From Tortispora ganteri (lineage: Eukaryota): a DNA stretch of 40,196 nt. Location: NCBI GenBank assembly GCA_003707115.1, contig PPNB01000041.1, positions 1 through 40,196 of the forward strand, given 5' to 3'. This document shows, piece after piece, positions 1 through 9,928 of this stretch. The translations under genes were made by a program, and so were the position numbers. Every line of letters starts with the position of its first letter. Position 1 is the stretch's first letter. Under the pieces are notes generated by a model. That model did no database searches. It worked only from the letters and a program-made list of their open reading frames with translations, and was not told the DNA's origin.

Positions 1-205
1 TGGATCTGATTCTCTAATGGGCTGGGCCTAAACTTCTGCAGAATTTGCTAAACCAGCGGAATCTACAATACGTTAAAGATCATTATTATTGTCTTCATGA
101 TCTTTTCTACTATTAGCGTATACTACGAATTACCCGGCTTTCCGATGAACTGGATCTGAATCTCTAATGGGCTGGGCCTAAACTTCTGCTGAATCTGCTA
201 AACCA
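1..205. repeat. Direct repeat, two ~55-bp copies (1-55 and 151-205), 150-bp period
   Basis: tggatctga[t/a]tctctaatgggctgggcctaaacttctgc[a/t]gaat[t/c]tgctaaacca with 3 mismatches. On the minus strand it encodes GLA(D/N)SAEV*AQPIR(D/E)SDP. Confidence 0.95.
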
Positions 206-843
206 CTTCTATTCATCAGCTTAGCTGCATCGGCTACGTATATCCTAGTCATACAAGTTGATATATTCATTGCGATAATTTTCACGCTTATTTGCACATT
301 ATAATCATTCCAGAATTCTGCAGTCGTTACAACTGTGCGAAATAAATGAGGGTCTATTGCAAATGATAATTAGGCTGTATCTTAGAGAACAGACGTCTTC
401 CACCTACGATTCTAAGCAGCAGTGTTTACCTTGATAGGTTACACATGTCTCTGAGCATAATTCCAGGATATATGTTTAGTGATAACATCTGTTGCTATTG
501 AAGCTCTCAAATCCGGGAAGTGCAAACCTGGAATATTATTACGAGGATAGTACTCATGCTGCTCTTCACCATGGCTGGATTACGAACCTCCCGTCATGAA
601 CAACAGAAAACATCGAGGAATAGTGATATATGCTCTAAAAGACTTTGAAGCGAGTTGGTTAATAGCGAATACATTATTGAAGACAATTGGAGTTAATGTG
701 CAGGTAATTGTGGTTTGTCTGAAATGGAGGGTCTACTCATATGTGTGCTCACGCTGTTCTACGCGCTCATGTTGAATCGAAGGTTTTGTACTTGATGCAT
801 AAATATACACTATAGCTGCGAAATAATTTATATATTGTTTCAT
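1..843 (-). pseudogene. Cryptic or decayed ORF (runs off the window edge) interrupted only by TAA/TAG, with an internal 50-codon-period repeat
   Basis: Manual translation from ATG at 843 (MKQYINYFAAIVYIYASST...) gives 281 codons with no apparent frameshift, 6 TAA + 4 TAG and 0 TGA. All 15 minus-strand TGA triplets I counted in 1-843 lie in the other two frames. Confidence 0.55.
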
Positions 844-1230
844 ACGTTTGCGACTAGTTCTATGATGTGCAGAAAGCCGACTTGTTTTTGTTCTTTGAAA
901 AGAGGAGCAAAAAGGCCAATTACACCCTGCGATCGAGACATGGAGCATCAAGGTTCTTTGTATTTACCAGAGGGTTATTTAAGCAAGTGACGATGAAATA
1001 CGTACAAAACACCCCAAAATCGTCCAATATACATAATATTCAAAAAAACAATCATTTGGACATAAAAACAAACGGCGGATGTATCGAGAACAAGAAATAA
1101 CTAGGAAACGTGCTGGTGTGGTGAGGAAGAAGTTGGAATGGGGAATATCGATGATACCTATTGTGGATCGGCCAGAAAGTTGGTTCCAACAGCAGATGGG
1201 TTAAGAGGACTCGCAGATCATAGTTCAGAT

Positions 1231-3060
1231 CTACAAAACGATGCGCTTAGCAAGATGCTTCTTGTAATCTAGAATAGAACCTTCCCATCGGGTAACAGTT
1301 CTATTTTCACACACGAAAATATCTTTAGCGATCTTGTCGAGAAGTCGGAAGTCATGAGATACGACAACAATTCCTCCTTCAAATGCGTTAATAGCATCGG
1401 CCAAAGAGTCGATAGTAGGGATATCAAGGCCGTTAGTAGGTTCGTCCATAAGGATCATATTAGGGGCTTCTATTGCAAGCAGTGCGAACACTACTCGGGA
1501 TCGTTGACCATCGGACAAAGTGGCCATTGTGGCAGTTTGGCCTTCACCTGTCAGGCCGTAGCGTCCTAATTGCTGGCGCCAATACTGGAAGTCCTGAGAG
1601 ATATTCTGGTATTTATCGCGGACGAACTCCAAGGCGCTCTTAGTTAGGTCTAGTTGGTCAGCCGAGTGCTGAGAATAAACACCTAGTTTCAGATGAGTAT
1701 GTCTGGAGATTGTTCCTGAAACAGGAGTAAGTTCACCAGTCATGAGTTTGAGCAAAGTGGATTTTCCTACACCGTTAGGGCCGACCAAGGCCATGCGGGA
1801 GTCCATATCCACACCGAACTCCAAGTTCTCATAGAGGAAGTCTTCAGGTTTACCGGAATAAGAGAAAGAGACTTCAGTGAAAGAGAGTACTGGCGGAGGG
1901 AGACGCTCTACGGTAGGGAAACGGAAAGTGAACACTTTATCGGGGACGACTTTTTCGATAAGGCCATCGGCCTCCATCTTGTCAAGGATCTTTTGGCGAG
2001 ATTTGGCTTGACGGACCAAGTTAGCATATGTACCCGCAGAGGCTATGAACTTCTTAATGTGAGCGATTTCCTCTTGCTGCTTGGCATATTGTTTCATCTG
2101 ATTGGTTTCGTTTTCTATTCTAGTCTTGTAGTATGAGTCGTAGTTACCACCATAAGTGACAAGCTTTCTTTGACGCATATCGATCATGTTTGTGCAGACA
2201 CCGTTAAGGAAATCCATGGAATGAGAAACCAATACCAATGTGCGGTCCCATTTCTTCAGGTATTCTTCTAGCCATACGCAGGCCTCTAGATCAAGATGAG
2301 CAGTAGGATCATCCAGTAAAAGGACACTGGGTTTGACGAAAAGGGCCTTGGCAAGTGCGACACGCATACGCCAACCACCAGACATATCTTTAGTCTTTTT
2401 ATGAATGGTGGTGCTATTGAAGCCCAGACCATTCAGAATTATAGCAGCGCGAGTTTCGAAAGTGGAAGGATCCATCTGGTCAATGCGTTCATATAGTTCC
2501 TCAAGAGACAAAGAGTCTGGACCTTCAGTTTCGAGAATATGCTCAGCTGTGTCTTCGAGACGTTTTAGTTCAGCCTCAGCCTCTCTTACGACATACTCCA
2601 AAGCGGAGTACTCAGTTGGCTCTGAGGGTTCATTTAGAAGGTATATGTCGATATGTTCCGGGATCGGATACTCTCTGGCGGCAATTGCTTTCAGAAGAGT
2701 GGACTTTCCACATCCATTTTCACCAAGAAGACCGTAACGGCGAGCATAATTGAGCTCGAGTTCAGAGTCTTGAATAAGGACCTTTCCGTGGAACACCAAG
2801 GTGACGGAGGAGATTTTAACGTCGCGACTAGTTTCCAGACTGTCCAGCACACCAGTAGTGACGCGCTCAGACAGACCTTCATCGTCCTGTTGAAGTTTAA
2901 GTTTCTCTACTTTCTCTTTTACTTCGTCGACATCCCCATTAACGGAGGCTGCAGCAGAAGCAGTAGCAGAAGACTGTTCAGAGTTGTTCTTGCTTTTAGC
3001 AGCTTTCTTTGCCGCTCTTTCGGCCTGCCTCTTAGCTTTTGAGGCAGATACAGGAGGCAT
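1231..3060 (-). CDS. ARB1: ABC-F ATPase Arb1 (ribosome biogenesis)
   Basis: Two ABC domains (GENGCGKS, GPNGVGKS, MSGGW, LSDGQ, DDPT/DEPT) and no TM segments. The N-terminus MPPVSASKAKR matches Arb1, so the start is placed at ATG 3060 (609 aa), not the ORF-track 3252. Confidence 0.95.
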   Translation of the reverse strand: MPPVSASKAKRQAERAAKKAAKSKNNSEQSSATASAAASVNGDVDEVKEKVEKLKLQQDDEGLSERVTTGVLDSLETSRDVKISSVTLVFHGKVLIQDSELELNYARRYGLLGENGCGKSTLLKAIAAREYPIPEHIDIYLLNEPSEPTEYSALEYVVREAEAELKRLEDTAEHILETEGPDSLSLEELYERIDQMDPSTFETRAAIILNGLGFNSTTIHKKTKDMSGGWRMRVALAKALFVKPSVLLLDDPTAHLDLEACVWLEEYLKKWDRTLVLVSHSMDFLNGVCTNMIDMRQRKLVTYGGNYDSYYKTRIENETNQMKQYAKQQEEIAHIKKFIASAGTYANLVRQAKSRQKILDKMEADGLIEKVVPDKVFTFRFPTVERLPPPVLSFTEVSFSYSGKPEDFLYENLEFGVDMDSRMALVGPNGVGKSTLLKLMTGELTPVSGTISRHTHLKLGVYSQHSADQLDLTKSALEFVRDKYQNISQDFQYWRQQLGRYGLTGEGQTATMATLSDGQRSRVVFALLAIEAPNMILMDEPTNGLDIPTIDSLADAINAFEGGIVVVSHDFRLLDKIAKDIFVCENRTVTRWEGSILDYKKHLAKRIVL

Positions 3061-3227
3061 GACAAATGATGAGAAAAGATATGAAGTTATTGCACGAAAA
3101 AGAACAAAATACGAATACGAATATATGTAGACTGGTCGATATGGTGCAGCAATATTATTGAAGCCACAAGGCAAGGAAGGTGCTATTGAATGGGAGATTC
3201 GAAGTTCAAAATGGGAAAGAAAAGGAG

Positions 3228-3238
3228 GAAAAAATTTC
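3228..3238. promoter_or_regulatory. RRPE-like element in the divergent ARB1/ALB1 promoter
   Basis: GAAAAAATTTC, resembling RRPE (TGAAAAATTTT), lies between two ribosome-biogenesis genes; a poly-T tract follows at about 3298-3308. Confidence 0.45.
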
Positions 3239-3428
3239 GACATTTCAGCCAATAAGAAGCAACCAATCTTATTTCCAATTTTACGTAGCCTAGTTTATTT
3301 TTTTTTTTGCTTTCTCCAGCAGGGTTTACCAGCACAATACCAACTGACCGTCGATTTACTTATTGATAGTTTTTACAAACTGTACACGGTACAAGGGCTA
3401 GGCGCATTTTTAAACAAGTAATTACAGT

Positions 3429-3713
3429 ATGACAACTGTTGTTTCTAGCCGATCGGTTAATGCTACGCGGTCTGGGATCCGTAAGTCTCAGCGATCTGTG
3501 TTATCTAAATCGAAACTTGCAGCATCTAAGACGACCCGATCGATATCCAAGAAAAGGGCCAAAAAGGATGCTAGAAATTTGAAGTATAGACTACCTAAAA
3601 GCGCCAAACAAGACACAGAAATGAAAGATATTGAAGTCACAGTCGAATCAGCTGAAATCGAGCCTTTAATTACACCTAATGGTACTACTCTTGGCTCTCA
3701 ACCTGTGGAGTAA
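3429..3713 (+). CDS. ALB1: Ribosome biogenesis factor Alb1-like (short)
   Basis: TTRSISKKRAKKDARNLKY resembles Alb1 TTRTLSKKRAKKIERNLKY; the C-terminal GTTLG motif is also present. Confidence 0.75.
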   Translation: MTTVVSSRSVNATRSGIRKSQRSVLSKSKLAASKTTRSISKKRAKKDARNLKYRLPKSAKQDTEMKDIEVTVESAEIEPLITPNGTTLGSQPVE

Positions 3714-3991
3714 GTGTGTATAGTTTTATTGTCGCAGAAACCTATTTGGACACCGAAAAATGTTTTGAATGGATTTAAAAGGTAACTAATAAACAATTAT
3801 TTGTGGAATTATACACGTAAAATGGAATTTTGATGGTTATAATCTGTATTTATAGCGATAGCTCATGGGAGTCTATTTTTGATGAAGAAACACCATACCC
3901 CCCCCTTTGGGTGAATGCCAATATTGGGATTGGCGACGCCCTTGTAACTTCGTAAGTGACAACTTCATCAATTTAACGATAATTTTAAGTC

Positions 3992-4411
3992 ATGGACCCA
4001 GAAAAAGAAGCTTTAAATCTTCGTGCAGTAAAACTTCACGATAAAGAGGCACAGAATCTTTTGTTTGTTGGCACTTTCACTGTAGTATATAAGTTCGATT
4101 CAGCTAACAGTGTGTGGGAGAAGATGCCTATTCAAGGGCCTTTATTCTTCTACATTAGACATCAAGACCCCAAAGTGTTGGACTATGGTGCGGCATTTCT
4201 AGTGTTGAATCAAAATAAACCGGAAGACCTTTTTATTAGATTAATAAAACCATCTGATGTCCTTGATATACCTTCAATTGAATCACAGATTGACGACAAG
4301 TTTGTTATGATAAAGTTGCCGGACGACACGATCTACTCTTTCTGGTTCGCCAACCCAGAGGAAAGCAAAAATCTACATTCTGCAGTGTCTAAATGGCTAA
4401 GTGAATCATGA
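3992..4411 (+). CDS. DCP1: mRNA decapping subunit Dcp1 (EVH1 fold)
   Basis: LNLRAVKLHD, VVYKFD..WEKMPIQGPLFFY, FLVLNQ and IYSFWF match the Dcp1 family pattern. Confidence 0.85.
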   Translation: MDPEKEALNLRAVKLHDKEAQNLLFVGTFTVVYKFDSANSVWEKMPIQGPLFFYIRHQDPKVLDYGAAFLVLNQNKPEDLFIRLIKPSDVLDIPSIESQIDDKFVMIKLPDDTIYSFWFANPEESKNLHSAVSKWLSES

Positions 4412-4456
4412 AATTCATAAAACAATACGATAAATCGTACCTTGTGGCAATGTAAC

Positions 4457-7423
4457 CTAACGCGGAAGCAACCTCGAGAGAGCAGCAGGAGGACATCCAA
4501 TTGAAAAAAACTCATGGTCAATCAATTCGTCAGATGAAATCCTTCGAGAAGAATCGACTTGTAAACAAGCTTTAAGGAAATCGCGTACTACCGCACTGGA
4601 CTTCTCTGGATGTTTCAATTTAGGCGTGCCGTTCGTCGCGATCAAATATAATGCTTTCAAGGGCTCCTCATTAAGATAAGGCGGTTCAGATTCAATCATT
4701 TCAATCGCCATAATACCCAATGACCATATATCTACTTTATGATCGTATTCTTTTTGCGTGACAACTTCAGGTGCCATCCAATATGGTGTGCCGACCATAG
4801 TAGCACGTTTTGATCTTTGATCAGTTAACTTCGCACAGAATCCGAAGTCCGTAATTTTCACGCGACCATGTGCATCCAGTAACACGTTATCTGATTTAAT
4901 ATCTCGATGAATGATATTTTTGTGATGTAAATGCTGTAACCCTTTGCAGGTCTCTCGGCATATAGTAGCTATCTCTGGCTCAGATATGGTCGTGTTATCA
5001 ATAATGTCCGTCAGCGCGCCAGCCTCCATGTATTCCATGATCACCCAAAGATCCTCCTTAGATCGTATATAAGCTTCGAGGAAGTTCACAATGTTCGGAT
5101 GCGAAGATTCTTTCATGACAAGAATCTCATTAACGATCAACTCTCGACGAGGTTGTTTGGCAAGATCAATTTGCTTAACGGCGACTTTGCCTCCTTTAGG
5201 AGCGTAGGCATTACCCTTAAGCACTCGTGCAACATATACTGTTCCAGAAGCGCCCTGACCAACTTTCTTAAGCTTCTGATAAGTATCAAGCGGATCTCCT
5301 GCGGAAGATATCGAGCGAAGCGCATCAAGGACTTGTGAATCAGACATTGGCGGGGGCTTGTTTCTAGAAGACCCAGTTTTGGCAATAGCACCTTTAGCAG
5401 CAGCGGCAGCGGCAGCTGCTGCTGCGGCCGCCGCAGTAGGAATAGGCGGTTTCGTGAATCCACCAGCAGATCCGTTGGCAGCGGCACGTCCCGAAGCATC
5501 AATTCTCGCAGGTGTGCGCAAAGGGGATTTCGGTTCAGGAGTTCGCTGGTGCCCGGGTTTAAGTCTCATACCTGCAGGTGGCTGAGCCGGATTTTTAGGC
5601 AGATAGTGCTGCCCATTGGAAGAGTCCTTAGATTGTGGGGTAATTTGAACGCGCTGAGGGTTCTGAGAACGCGGCGTTCTAGGGCCTTGTTGCTGCGCAG
5701 GTGTAGTCCGCTGACCTAGTGCTGACTGCGATGTCTGAGATGGATGTTGTTGTTGATGTTGATGCTGATGAGATTGGCGGGGTTTGTGTGGCTGCTGAGG
5801 CACACGCATTTGCGGTAAAGGCTGATCTTTGTGCAGCTGTTGTTGCTGTTGCTGATAATGCGCTGGTTGTGGCTGTAGCGGTTTAGGATGTTGGCTATGT
5901 GAAGTTTGCTGGACTCGTGTAGCAGGTAGCCTTGTAGGAGTTTGCTCTTTCTGTGCCTGTAACGGAACACGGGGAGGAGGGATTGGCGGAGGTTGCGCAG
6001 AGCTGTCGACTGGTGAAGCGGATATTGAAGGGTAATTTGGCGATTCGGGATGTGCCTGTCTACTGTCTCCTTGACTTTTCTGAACAGAAAGAGGGCTCTG
6101 ATAGTAGGATTCATGTGGAGACCTTGAATCAGTCGGCGAATGACCAGGGTTCGATGCGTCCGATGGAGGAGGTATGCGTTGACGATAAGGGTTCGCCGAT
6201 ACAGGCGAGGAACGGTTAGAAGGCAGACGAGAATGGTTCTGTTTGTCTCCACCGCCAAGCGGACTGGCGAGCTGCTCATAGGATCGAGAAGGAGGGATCG
6301 CACTAGGAGAGGTGTTGAGAGGAGCAAGAGGGAAGGCTGAGGAATCCTTTGCACGAAGAGGGGTCTGAGGAGGAACGCCAGGCGCAGGACGCGCTGGGGT
6401 TTGGGTGGGGTTTCTTGGTAACTGAGAAATAGAAGAAGATCCGAGGGCAGCTGTAAGGGAAGCGGTGTCATAGGAAGAAGTATGCACATTTTGAGTGTAG
6501 GGGGTATGTGTAGTGGCGGCCTTCGTGACAGCGGCTGAAGCAGAGACGAGCGATGATGAAGGAGTAAGCGATTCACGGCGAACAGCTATATGGTGCGACG
6601 GAGAAGGGGAGGAAGATTGAGATATGGGGCTAGAGTAGTCAGAGTCTTTGCGTCGGTTGGGTGGAGCAGGGGCGGGTCTTTGGGGTTGAAAAGAGCGTTG
6701 GATTATGGTATCATCGGAGTCCTTAGGTGATATAGATGAGGAAAACGCTGGAGCAGCTGGTAACAGAGGAGTAGTGCGAGAGTCCGGGTACGAGAATTGG
6801 TCATTACTGGTTGAGCTAGTAGTGGAAGCAGATGTCGGGCCGTTCGAGAGGTTACTGGCTGGGCCAGGTGTGTTACCGAAGTTGTCGGAATAGAACTCCA
6901 GGACTTCTATGACTGCTTGGGGATTTTTTGCATAATCTTCTTCAGTGATAGCAGAGGTCGAGAGTAGTTTTGACCATGCCGGGGGTAGGCCGGTAAAAGC
7001 GCCGGAGGACGGGTCGAAACCTACGTGTATTTGATGAGTAAAGTTGGTAGGTGTTGAAACGGAGGTCGAAGGGCACAGATTGTAAATATCGTCTATCCAG
7101 GCATAAAGATCTGCTTCGTATTTGAGCGAGATATAAATTTTAGGGTAGGGAGCAGTTCTGACAAGTTCGAAACAAATTGCTTTTATATCAATTCTGTTGA
7201 CACTTAGCACAGTTGACAGGGGTACCGACATTGAAGGATCTTCATTAAGCATTATTGTAGATGGTTCAGATTTGTAAACATCTAGTGAAGAACCACGTAA
7301 AATGAGGTATCTTTTTGACCATATGAGAGACTTAAGGCCGCCTTCTTCTTTTACTGAAGCCCATCCCTGTCTTGAGATGGTATTAGTGTTAGTACTGGAG
7401 GGTTCGACTGCGTACTTGAACAT
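4457..7423 (-). CDS. CLA4: PAK-family kinase Cla4/Skm1 (PH + CRIB + kinase)
   Basis: N-terminal PH domain ([17 protein letters not shown]), CRIB ([16 protein letters not shown]), kinase motifs [26 protein letters not shown]. First in-frame ATG is at 7423. Confidence 0.93.
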   Translation of the reverse strand: MFKYAVEPSSTNTNTISRQGWASVKEEGGLKSLIWSKRYLILRGSSLDVYKSEPSTIMLNEDPSMSVPLSTVLSVNRIDIKAICFELVRTAPYPKIYISLKYEADLYAWIDDIYNLCPSTSVSTPTNFTHQIHVGFDPSSGAFTGLPPAWSKLLSTSAITEEDYAKNPQAVIEVLEFYSDNFGNTPGPASNLSNGPTSASTTSSTSNDQFSYPDSRTTPLLPAAPAFSSSISPKDSDDTIIQRSFQPQRPAPAPPNRRKDSDYSSPISQSSSPSPSHHIAVRRESLTPSSSLVSASAAVTKAATTHTPYTQNVHTSSYDTASLTAALGSSSISQLPRNPTQTPARPAPGVPPQTPLRAKDSSAFPLAPLNTSPSAIPPSRSYEQLASPLGGGDKQNHSRLPSNRSSPVSANPYRQRIPPPSDASNPGHSPTDSRSPHESYYQSPLSVQKSQGDSRQAHPESPNYPSISASPVDSSAQPPPIPPPRVPLQAQKEQTPTRLPATRVQQTSHSQHPKPLQPQPAHYQQQQQQLHKDQPLPQMRVPQQPHKPRQSHQHQHQQQHPSQTSQSALGQRTTPAQQQGPRTPRSQNPQRVQITPQSKDSSNGQHYLPKNPAQPPAGMRLKPGHQRTPEPKSPLRTPARIDASGRAAANGSAGGFTKPPIPTAAAAAAAAAAAAAKGAIAKTGSSRNKPPPMSDSQVLDALRSISSAGDPLDTYQKLKKVGQGASGTVYVARVLKGNAYAPKGGKVAVKQIDLAKQPRRELIVNEILVMKESSHPNIVNFLEAYIRSKEDLWVIMEYMEAGALTDIIDNTTISEPEIATICRETCKGLQHLHHKNIIHRDIKSDNVLLDAHGRVKITDFGFCAKLTDQRSKRATMVGTPYWMAPEVVTQKEYDHKVDIWSLGIMAIEMIESEPPYLNEEPLKALYLIATNGTPKLKHPEKSSAVVRDFLKACLQVDSSRRISSDELIDHEFFSIGCPPAALSRLLPR

Positions 7424-7857
7424 GGTCACAACAAATAAGTAGAAGTGCTAAAAATAAATAAAAATGCAAACAAACTAGCAATAGCTTTAATTCAGATATT
7501 TGTGTCTTTTTGACCTTTATTACCTCGTTTTGAGTGTCAAGAGAAGGTCGGGGGAGAAAGGGGTCCCTGAGGTTAAATAAAGGTCGACAAAGTCTATGTA
7601 AAGTTGCATCGACAGAGGCCCCCTTGATACGTTTTTTTACGCTTATTTGAAGGAAAAAATAGTACGTTGGGAGTTTTCAACCAATTAAGCACGCGACCGT
7701 TATAACGGTATTAAGTTATTCAAAGAAAGCATGAACCCATCTGTTTGCGTTCAAGCCATTTAGGAAATTAAGGTCGATAATACTTCAAGCGACAGATTAA
7801 ATTAATTATTAGTGTCAATTTAATGGCAGTAAGTTACCACAAATTGACCTATGGGAC

Positions 7858-8703
7858 TCACAGCCTGTCGAGAATGAACCTGGCTACTGTCATGCTATCA
7901 TTTTCGTTAATACAGAAGGAATGAGATACGCTCTCATGGACAGGCTCACCTGCGCCCATTGACAAGGCATGCTTTACAATTTTAGCCTCAGCAGATGGGG
8001 TCACCCATTTGTCATTATCTGCAAACAAGATATGAACAGATGAACCGAACTCGGTCCAGAACCTCTCGGGTTGTAGTTCACTATTGGTCACTAGCTTGTC
8101 CAGTTCATCCCAGGCCATGCCGATAGCTTGTCTTGCAGCATATGGAGACGTCACCAGCTGGTATACTGTATTCACAGCGGCGTCTGTGCCTTGAACGACA
8201 CATCTGATTATGCGGTGAACAGTCGACACTGGCAATACCGCAAGGAAGCTGGCAAATCCGCTTAAAACAGACGGCAGAACAGTCTGCATACCTGGAACCT
8301 TAGATACTGCAGATAGTCTAATTCCAGCTTTAGAAAGTGCAAGGTCTGTTAGCGTAGGCATAAGCAAGAACGTGTTTTGTACATGGACCCCGTTGTCGGC
8401 GAGCTTCAGGGCAATCCTTATGGCCATGTACGAGCCGATACTGTGTCCGCAGAGGACGACATTTTTGGCAGGTAATTTTTCAAGTATACGTTTGCTGAGA
8501 TAGTCTATTTCTTCACCTAGTTGAAGTATCTTGTCGCTGGCTGCATGCGATATACACAGATAGTCAAGATCAGGTCGCTCCTTCGCAAGGGCTTCCATGA
8601 ACGGACGGTAAAACCCTGCTAAACCCGGGTTGCCCGGAACTATTACTAGACAAGTATGATTACTGTTGTAGCTACTGTTGTCTATTCGCTCTATAAATTC
8701 CAT
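7858..8703 (-). CDS. Lipid-droplet-associated alpha/beta hydrolase (LDAH/YPR147C family)
   Basis: VPGNPGLAGFY motif, GHSIG nucleophile elbow, D(K)WV and HSFC catalytic region. Confidence 0.85.
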   Translation of the reverse strand: MEFIERIDNSSYNSNHTCLVIVPGNPGLAGFYRPFMEALAKERPDLDYLCISHAASDKILQLGEEIDYLSKRILEKLPAKNVVLCGHSIGSYMAIRIALKLADNGVHVQNTFLLMPTLTDLALSKAGIRLSAVSKVPGMQTVLPSVLSGFASFLAVLPVSTVHRIIRCVVQGTDAAVNTVYQLVTSPYAARQAIGMAWDELDKLVTNSELQPERFWTEFGSSVHILFADNDKWVTPSAEAKIVKHALSMGAGEPVHESVSHSFCINENDSMTVARFILDRL

Positions 8704-9928
8704 TCTCTACATACACACCGAGTGGTGTTGTCGAAAGTTAAGTCATATTAAGTTATCATCGCTCATAGCATTTCTACCACGCCTTAATGATGTGAACTTC
8801 CTTCTTTTGCAGTCATAGATTCATACGCACTTACGCACAAAAATGCCACAAATCCAACCCCGATTCCCGGTAAAGCTCCACGGTATCGATTCTTTCTTGC
8901 AAATATACCAATCTTACGCCATTCTTCTCTAATTTAATTGCAGTTAGTATGTCGCTCTCAATTAACATTCGTTACATCTGTGTGCAAACGAAATCGTCTT
9001 TAATGCTTACCTTCGAGCCCACGGATCCTGTGCTGACGACATTATTTATTTAATTCGATTAGTTATCAGCCTTAATAACAGAAAACAGAGTAAAAATTTA
9101 TTGTTTTAAAGCTGCTATTCTAATGCCAGAATAAGTATAGGCTTGCAATGGGAGTATATAGAACTTGCTTAGAATCTACCTTCTTTCTTATTGGTCAATA
9201 AAATACTCTATAGCAACTAGGTATAGTAGGGTTGATCCCTCATCTCGAAATGTCATCTCTCGATATCTTTAACGTTTTTCAATTGCTGCTATATACAGTT
9301 ATTATTAATTTATATTGTAGGATTATAAGTAAATTATCAATGAACGAGGTACATAAAATCAAATTTTTAAAACTCCAGAGGATTCTGGCTTGTAGCTACA
9401 GTGTATGAACACGATATCTAATGTACATTGAACTGACTAGTGTACGTACATTATCTTAACTTACTTGCAACTATATGCAATCTCTGTTATTTGCAATTAT
9501 ACGTTATAATGAATATAATATACGATCGCGCTTTTAATAGCTAGATACAACCTGCTAAGCTCACTATATCTGTGTGCGATGATTTACATCTGATCTACAG
9601 TCTTAGCCTTTTGTCGGCAAGTATTTGAGCAAGAAGCTGTATCGCTCATTAAAACAACCTGATTCATCTAAACAATAGCCTGTAAACCACTTTACATTAA
9701 AACGACGCTTCATCTTAATATATTATTGTATATCACATACCTCTAGGCCGCTTGGCTGTCGACAGGTTCAGCCGATCTCGTCTTTAATCCGATGAAGTTG
9801 CCATAACAACCACATGAAAGAAAAAGCTACAAGATTGCGAACTAACCCATCCACCCCTTTTTCCTTTCCATCGTGCATACTTCTTCAGCTTTATCTGACT
9901 ATACATACACCTTATCCAGAGACGCTAT

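Noticed and set aside
3061..3252. 64-codon N-terminal extension of ARB1 in the ORF track
   Set aside because: It overlaps the divergent promoter and looks like pyrimidine-rich UTR; the family start MPPVSASK is at 3060.
5137..6576. Alternative ORFs and poly-Ala/poly-Gln tracts inside CLA4
   Set aside because: Low-complexity linker typical of PAK kinases; the overlapping ORFs are shadows.
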